Source: Vulcanimicrobiales bacterium
GTDB taxonomy: Bacteria; Vulcanimicrobiota; Vulcanimicrobiia; Vulcanimicrobiales; Vulcanimicrobiaceae
Direction of reading: 5' to 3'
Assembly (NCBI GenBank): GCA_038231455.1
Contig: JBBRLI010000006.1
Coordinates: forward strand, 111,404 to 175,403
DNA length: 64,000 bases
The translations under genes and the position numbers were made by a program. The notes under the pieces were generated by a model that was not told where the DNA came from, did no database searches, and worked only from the letters and a program-made list of their open reading frames with translations. This document shows positions 60,201 through 64,000 of this stretch, one piece after another. Numbering within the stretch: the first letter of the stretch is position 1; each line of letters begins with the position of its first letter.

Positions 60201-61325
60201 CTAGCGTCGCAAGACGCTGAGTGTCCGCGCGGCAATTTTAACGACGCGTTCGACATCGATGTCGTCGAGATCGGGAGCCATCGGTAATCCGACAAGTGAT
60301 GGCGCGATCCGCGCGGTGATGTCAAGCGAATCCGCCTCCGCATTTCGCCAGTACGGTTCTGTTTTCACGCCGGTGCCGTACCACAGGCGCGACTCGATCC
60401 GCTCGGCACCGAGGGCCGCACTCAGCTCAACGGCAAGGGTCGCGTTCCCCGCATCGACGATGGCATAATTTGAAGCCACATCGGGGGCAACATAAAGCCG
60501 TTGGCTGATGCCGTGCGCGTTCGCTGCATTGCGGTATGTATCGGCAACGGCGCGGTTAGCCACGCACGTCGAATCCCATGCGTCGAGTGCCGCAAGACCC
60601 ACCGCCGCGTGATACTCGCTCATCTTCCCATTCGTCCCGGCGCTGGTGCTCTCGCGCTTGTAGAGAAATCCGAAGTTCAGCGCTTGCGCGATTCGTTTAA
60701 GCCCCGCGGCATCCGACCACACGACGGCACCGCCTTCGCCGCTGCTAAACGCTTTGGTCGATTGAAAACTCAGCGTGACCGGGACGCTGCCCGTGCAGAT
60801 TTCCGGATGCGCGATCAACGATTCAAATGCCGCTGCTGCGTCGATGACGACGGGGATCTTCGTGCGTTCTGAAAACGCGGACCATTCCGCTTGCGCGATT
60901 GCGCGGCCATAAGGCGATACGGGAATGACGATCCCGGCCCGCGCGAGTGAGGGATGGTTGTCCAGCGTGCCGCTCGCAAGCGACCATGTCGTCGCATCGA
61001 CATCGAGCAAATACGGCCGGTACCCGCAGGCTTCGACGGCCGACGCCGTCGCGACGAACGTGTATGCCGGAAGCAGCGCGAGTGGTCGTTCCGCCGTCGC
61101 GCGGCCTGCCGTCGCCAGGATTGCTGCTTCGATTGCGACCGTTCCGTTTGCCGCGCTCATCACGGGCGTGCCGATACGTTCGCCAAGTCGCGCTTCGAGT
61201 TCTTGCACGAGCTCGCCGCGATTCGTATACCAGCGGTTGGCATCCATGCGATCGAGATACGGCACGATCTCAGCGGTGCGCGGCAAGAGCGCCCGATAGA
61301 CTGGAATGGGAATGTGCTCGCTCAT
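60201..61325 (-). CDS. DegT/DnrJ/EryC1/StrS family PLP-dependent sugar aminotransferase
   Basis: WYTNRG, ANGTVA, PAYTFVAT, VIDAAAA, SFQSTKAFSSGEGG (PLP Lys), NGKMSEYHAAVGL. Confidence 0.92.
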   Translation of the reverse strand: MSEHIPIPVYRALLPRTAEIVPYLDRMDANRWYTNRGELVQELEARLGERIGTPVMSAANGTVAIEAAILATAGRATAERPLALLPAYTFVATASAVEACGYRPYLLDVDATTWSLASGTLDNHPSLARAGIVIPVSPYGRAIAQAEWSAFSERTKIPVVIDAAAAFESLIAHPEICTGSVPVTLSFQSTKAFSSGEGGAVVWSDAAGLKRIAQALNFGFLYKRESTSAGTNGKMSEYHAAVGLAALDAWDSTCVANRAVADTYRNAANAHGISQRLYVAPDVASNYAIVDAGNATLAVELSAALGAERIESRLWYGTGVKTEPYWRNAEADSLDITARIAPSLVGLPMAPDLDDIDVERVVKIAARTLSVLRR

Positions 61326-61993
61326 GTCGTACGGCGCTTTGCTAGCGTGCGATAATCCGTCGCGGGGTTTCCGGCGAGCGTCTCACCCGGCTGCACCGAT
61401 CGCAGCACGACGGCGCCGGCGGCAATCGTTGCACCGGCGCCGATCGTCATGATGTCGTCGGACTCGTTGGCAATGCGCGCGCCGACGCCGATGAACACAC
61501 CCTCACCGATATCAACGCGGCCGCCAATGGCCGCCATCGGGCACAGCGTCGTAAAGTCGCCGATCGTGCAACCGGCGTCGACCGAGCAGAGCGGCATGAC
61601 GTGCACGTGGTTGCCGATCACCGTGCCCGCGCCGACCGACGAATACGCAAGAATCATCGTGTCGGTGCCGACGACGACGTCGCGCGCTACCGGTCCCGCG
61701 GCGCGATAAAACGACGAAAATCGGCCGCCCGCCGCGTTGATACGTTCGACGAGTTTGCGACGGCCCACGGGATCTCCGATGGTTACAAAAATCGGCGTGT
61801 CGCGATACCGCGCCACCCACGTCTCGAACGAGATCACCGGTGCTGCGCCGATCGCTAATCCTGTATCCCCACGCCCGTCATCGATGTATGCAACGACCGT
61901 TGCGAGCGGTTCGGGTACCCACGATTCAAACACATCGGCGGCGGCGCTGGCATAGCCTGAAGCACCGTAGATCACAAGCGCTGGAGCGCTCAC
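61322..61993 (-). CDS. NeuD/PglD-like sugar acetyltransferase (left-handed beta-helix)
   Basis: LVIYGASG Rossmann-like N-domain, hexapeptide repeats, IGAGATIAAGAVV, AGNPA. Confidence 0.85.
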   Translation of the reverse strand: MSAPALVIYGASGYASAAADVFESWVPEPLATVVAYIDDGRGDTGLAIGAAPVISFETWVARYRDTPIFVTIGDPVGRRKLVERINAAGGRFSSFYRAAGPVARDVVVGTDTMILAYSSVGAGTVIGNHVHVMPLCSVDAGCTIGDFTTLCPMAAIGGRVDIGEGVFIGVGARIANESDDIMTIGAGATIAAGAVVLRSVQPGETLAGNPATDYRTLAKRRTT

Positions 61994-62043
61994 CGCGACG
62001 ACCGCGCAGTAGACGGTCGCGACGGGGCCGAATCGACCCGCTG

Positions 62044-62721
62044 ATGGCGAGCGTTCCGCGACCGATCGTGCTCCACTACGGACCGGGACGAAACGCCGCG
62101 TTCGACGATTTTATCGATCGCGGCGAGTGGACGGTCATCGCTTGTGTAGCGGACGCCGATCTCGATTGCGCAGGCGAAATGCCGCCCGTCTCGTTCGCCG
62201 AGTGGCACGAGCACTTGCGCGCGGTTCCAAGCGCCTTCGTTGCGCTCGATCCGCGCGAGCGGCACGCACAGGTCGAGCGCGTTCACAAAGCCGGCGGAAC
62301 GATCGCGCACGTGGATGTGATCGGCGATGCGATCTCCCGCAAAACGAGCTTCGGTGAGGCGACGCTCGTCGGTCGCGGCGCGCTCTACGTGGGCAGTCTG
62401 ACGACGGTGGGCCGGCACACGATCGTCATGACGCCGGCGAGTCTTGGCCATGATGTCGTGATTGGAAATTTCGTCACGATCTTCCCGTCGGCGGCGATCT
62501 CCGGGTACGTCATCATCGAAGATGACGTGACGATCGGCCTCGGCGCCGTCATTGCGAACGGACAGCCCGATCGACCGCTGCGTATTGGCGCCGGGGCGCG
62601 CATCGCAAGCGGGGCGGTGGTGATGCGTTCCGTTCGACCCGGCCTTTTGGTCGCGGGCAACCCGGCCCGTCCGGTGACCGTGCTAGAATTGGGTCATGAG
62701 CGCATCATCGCCCGCGAGTGA
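62044..62721 (+). CDS. Second NeuD/PglD-like acetyltransferase, divergently oriented
   Basis: SLGHDVVIG, hexapeptide repeats, IGAGARIASGAVV, VAGNPAR. Confidence 0.82.
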   Translation: MASVPRPIVLHYGPGRNAAFDDFIDRGEWTVIACVADADLDCAGEMPPVSFAEWHEHLRAVPSAFVALDPRERHAQVERVHKAGGTIAHVDVIGDAISRKTSFGEATLVGRGALYVGSLTTVGRHTIVMTPASLGHDVVIGNFVTIFPSAAISGYVIIEDDVTIGLGAVIANGQPDRPLRIGAGARIASGAVVMRSVRPGLLVAGNPARPVTVLELGHERIIARE

Positions 62722-63352
62722 AGAACTCACCGCATTCATCGCCGCGGCAAAGGCGAGCGGCATCGCCGACTCGTTCATCGTCGCGCTGTTGCGGAAGAAC
62801 GGCTGGTCCGAGCAACGCGTGTACAAGGCGTTCTCGACCTACTATACGGCACACATCGGGGTCGCGATTCCGGCAAAAAGCGGGCAGGGTGAAAACGCGC
62901 GCGATGCGTTTTTCTACCTGTTGAATTTTGTTACGCTGGGGTTCTGGACGACGGCCCTCGGCTCGATTTTTTATACGTATATCGCGCACGTGATTCCCGA
63001 TGCAACCGGGATCGGGAACGGCTATCCCTCGCTGCGCGATCAGATCGCGTGGCAGTTAGCCACGGTGCTCGTCACTTTTCCAATCTTCGCGTTCGTGCAT
63101 CGACTCATCGCACAGCAACTCGCACAGCGCACCGACGGGTACGATTCGGGTGTTCGTAAGTGGCTCACGTACATCGCACTCGTCATCGCCGCGCTCGTCG
63201 TTGTTCTCGATGCGATTTGGTTCCTCGATAGTCTGTTCCGCGGACAGTTGACGCTGCGCTTCATCTTGGATTCGCTGGTATTGCTCGTACTCGGCGGTGG
63301 CGTGTTCGCGTACTATCTCGCAACGATCGACGGACCGCGCCGCGAATCATGA
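62696..63352 (+). CDS. DUF5671-like membrane protein
   Basis: LRKNGWS, ARDAFFYLLNFVTL, LRDQIAW..A...V.FP, RKWLTYIAL, FRGQLTLRF; extended -10 TGCTAGAAT ends 6 nt before the ATG. Confidence 0.75.
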   Translation: MSASSPASEELTAFIAAAKASGIADSFIVALLRKNGWSEQRVYKAFSTYYTAHIGVAIPAKSGQGENARDAFFYLLNFVTLGFWTTALGSIFYTYIAHVIPDATGIGNGYPSLRDQIAWQLATVLVTFPIFAFVHRLIAQQLAQRTDGYDSGVRKWLTYIALVIAALVVVLDAIWFLDSLFRGQLTLRFILDSLVLLVLGGGVFAYYLATIDGPRRES

Positions 63353-63813
63353 GCACCGGTGTAACGCGGGCGTTTACGATCGCCGTACTCGTGCTCGTCG
63401 CACTGGGCGTGGCACTCGCCCTCTCGATCGTCGGTACGCCGACACAGGCGCATCAAGCGGCGCTGGATCAACGTCGTATAGACGACCTCAATCGGATCCG
63501 GATACGTTTGAGCGACATGTACACGAGCGATCGGAAGATACCCGACCGCCTTCATGCGCGCGCGAGCGAAGCGCTCGACTTGGTCGACCCGGAGTCTGGT
63601 GCACGCTATCCGTACCGCCGCGAAAGCGCGACGCGCTACCGCCTATGCGCGGTCTTTGCGCAAGAGTCCGAAGTCAAGGATCCGCAAGCGCTACCGTGGT
63701 CGGAATCGTGGTCGCACGGCCGGGGACTTACGTGCTTTGCACTCGATGCATCAAAGCAGGCGGAGCGGCCAAGACAAATCCTCAAAATCCACGCGTCGGT
63801 AAACGGGGTCTAA
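63349..63813 (+). CDS. Membrane-anchored hypothetical protein (pilin-like helix plus small domain)
   Basis: N-terminal TM, GTP...LDQRRIDDL, DPESGARYPY, YRLCAVF, HGRGLTCF; ATGA overlap with the upstream gene. Confidence 0.7.
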   Translation: MSTGVTRAFTIAVLVLVALGVALALSIVGTPTQAHQAALDQRRIDDLNRIRIRLSDMYTSDRKIPDRLHARASEALDLVDPESGARYPYRRESATRYRLCAVFAQESEVKDPQALPWSESWSHGRGLTCFALDASKQAERPRQILKIHASVNGV

Positions 63814-63818
63814 ACGGC

Positions 63819-64000
63819 ATGGCGGTCAATCATTTCTGTTCCAATTGCGGCCAGCCGATCGTCGGCGACGGCTGTCTGAAGTGCGGTGCGCCCCAACTCA
63901 CGGCAGTACCGCCGTACACGGGCTACGCTGGCGGCGCGCCGCCGTACGCGGGAGCCGCTAGCCGTCCGGGCGAGCGGTACATCGGCCAGTGGAATTGGGG
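63819..64000 (+). CDS. Zinc-ribbon membrane protein, partial (runs off window end)
   Basis: Hand translation MAVNHFCSNCGQPIVGDGCLKCGAP...GQWNWG: two CxxC pairs and the start of a WNWG motif. Confidence 0.65.
   Translation, partial: MAVNHFCSNCGQPIVGDGCLKCGAPQLTAVPPYTGYAGGAPPYAGAASRPGERYIGQWNW

Overview
A GC-rich bacterial chromosomal window, almost fully coding, with no recognisable rRNA, tRNA, CRISPR array or intact transposase. In order it holds: a BlaI/M56 pair; an arsR-arsI/cadI-aquaglyceroporin-arsC operon; a full-length bifunctional malonyl-CoA reductase (mcr) downstream of a dabBA inorganic-carbon pump with a divergent wHTH regulator; a dcw cluster (mraZ to ddl, no ftsQAZ) carrying a CofE-like amide ligase between murF and mraY; mntP, citrate synthase, hisB/H/A and alr; a DHA2 efflux/TetR/monooxygenase locus; CIRCE-controlled groESL; vapBC; an orphan sigma28-driven, charge-poor flagellin; a circularly permuted ATP-grasp/alpha-E/transglutaminase operon; CIRCE-hsp20-lon; a HExxH peptidase pair; a membrane-anchored LuxR/DUF4199 module; and a surface locus of two paralogous ~530-aa lipoproteins interleaved with glycosyltransferases and sugar-modifying enzymes. 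Gene style is reminiscent of Eremiobacterota/Vulcanimicrobiota, but that is an impression, not a result. The best candidates for undescribed biology are (1) the mcr + DAB pump + regulator carbon-uptake module, (2) the CofE-fold ligase inside the dcw operon as a possible peptidoglycan-precursor modifying enzyme, and (3) the paralogous lipoprotein/glycosylation locus with type V pilin-like architecture. Several genes appear leaderless or use CTG/ATC starts. All family assignments come from motif recognition by eye; no searches were run.
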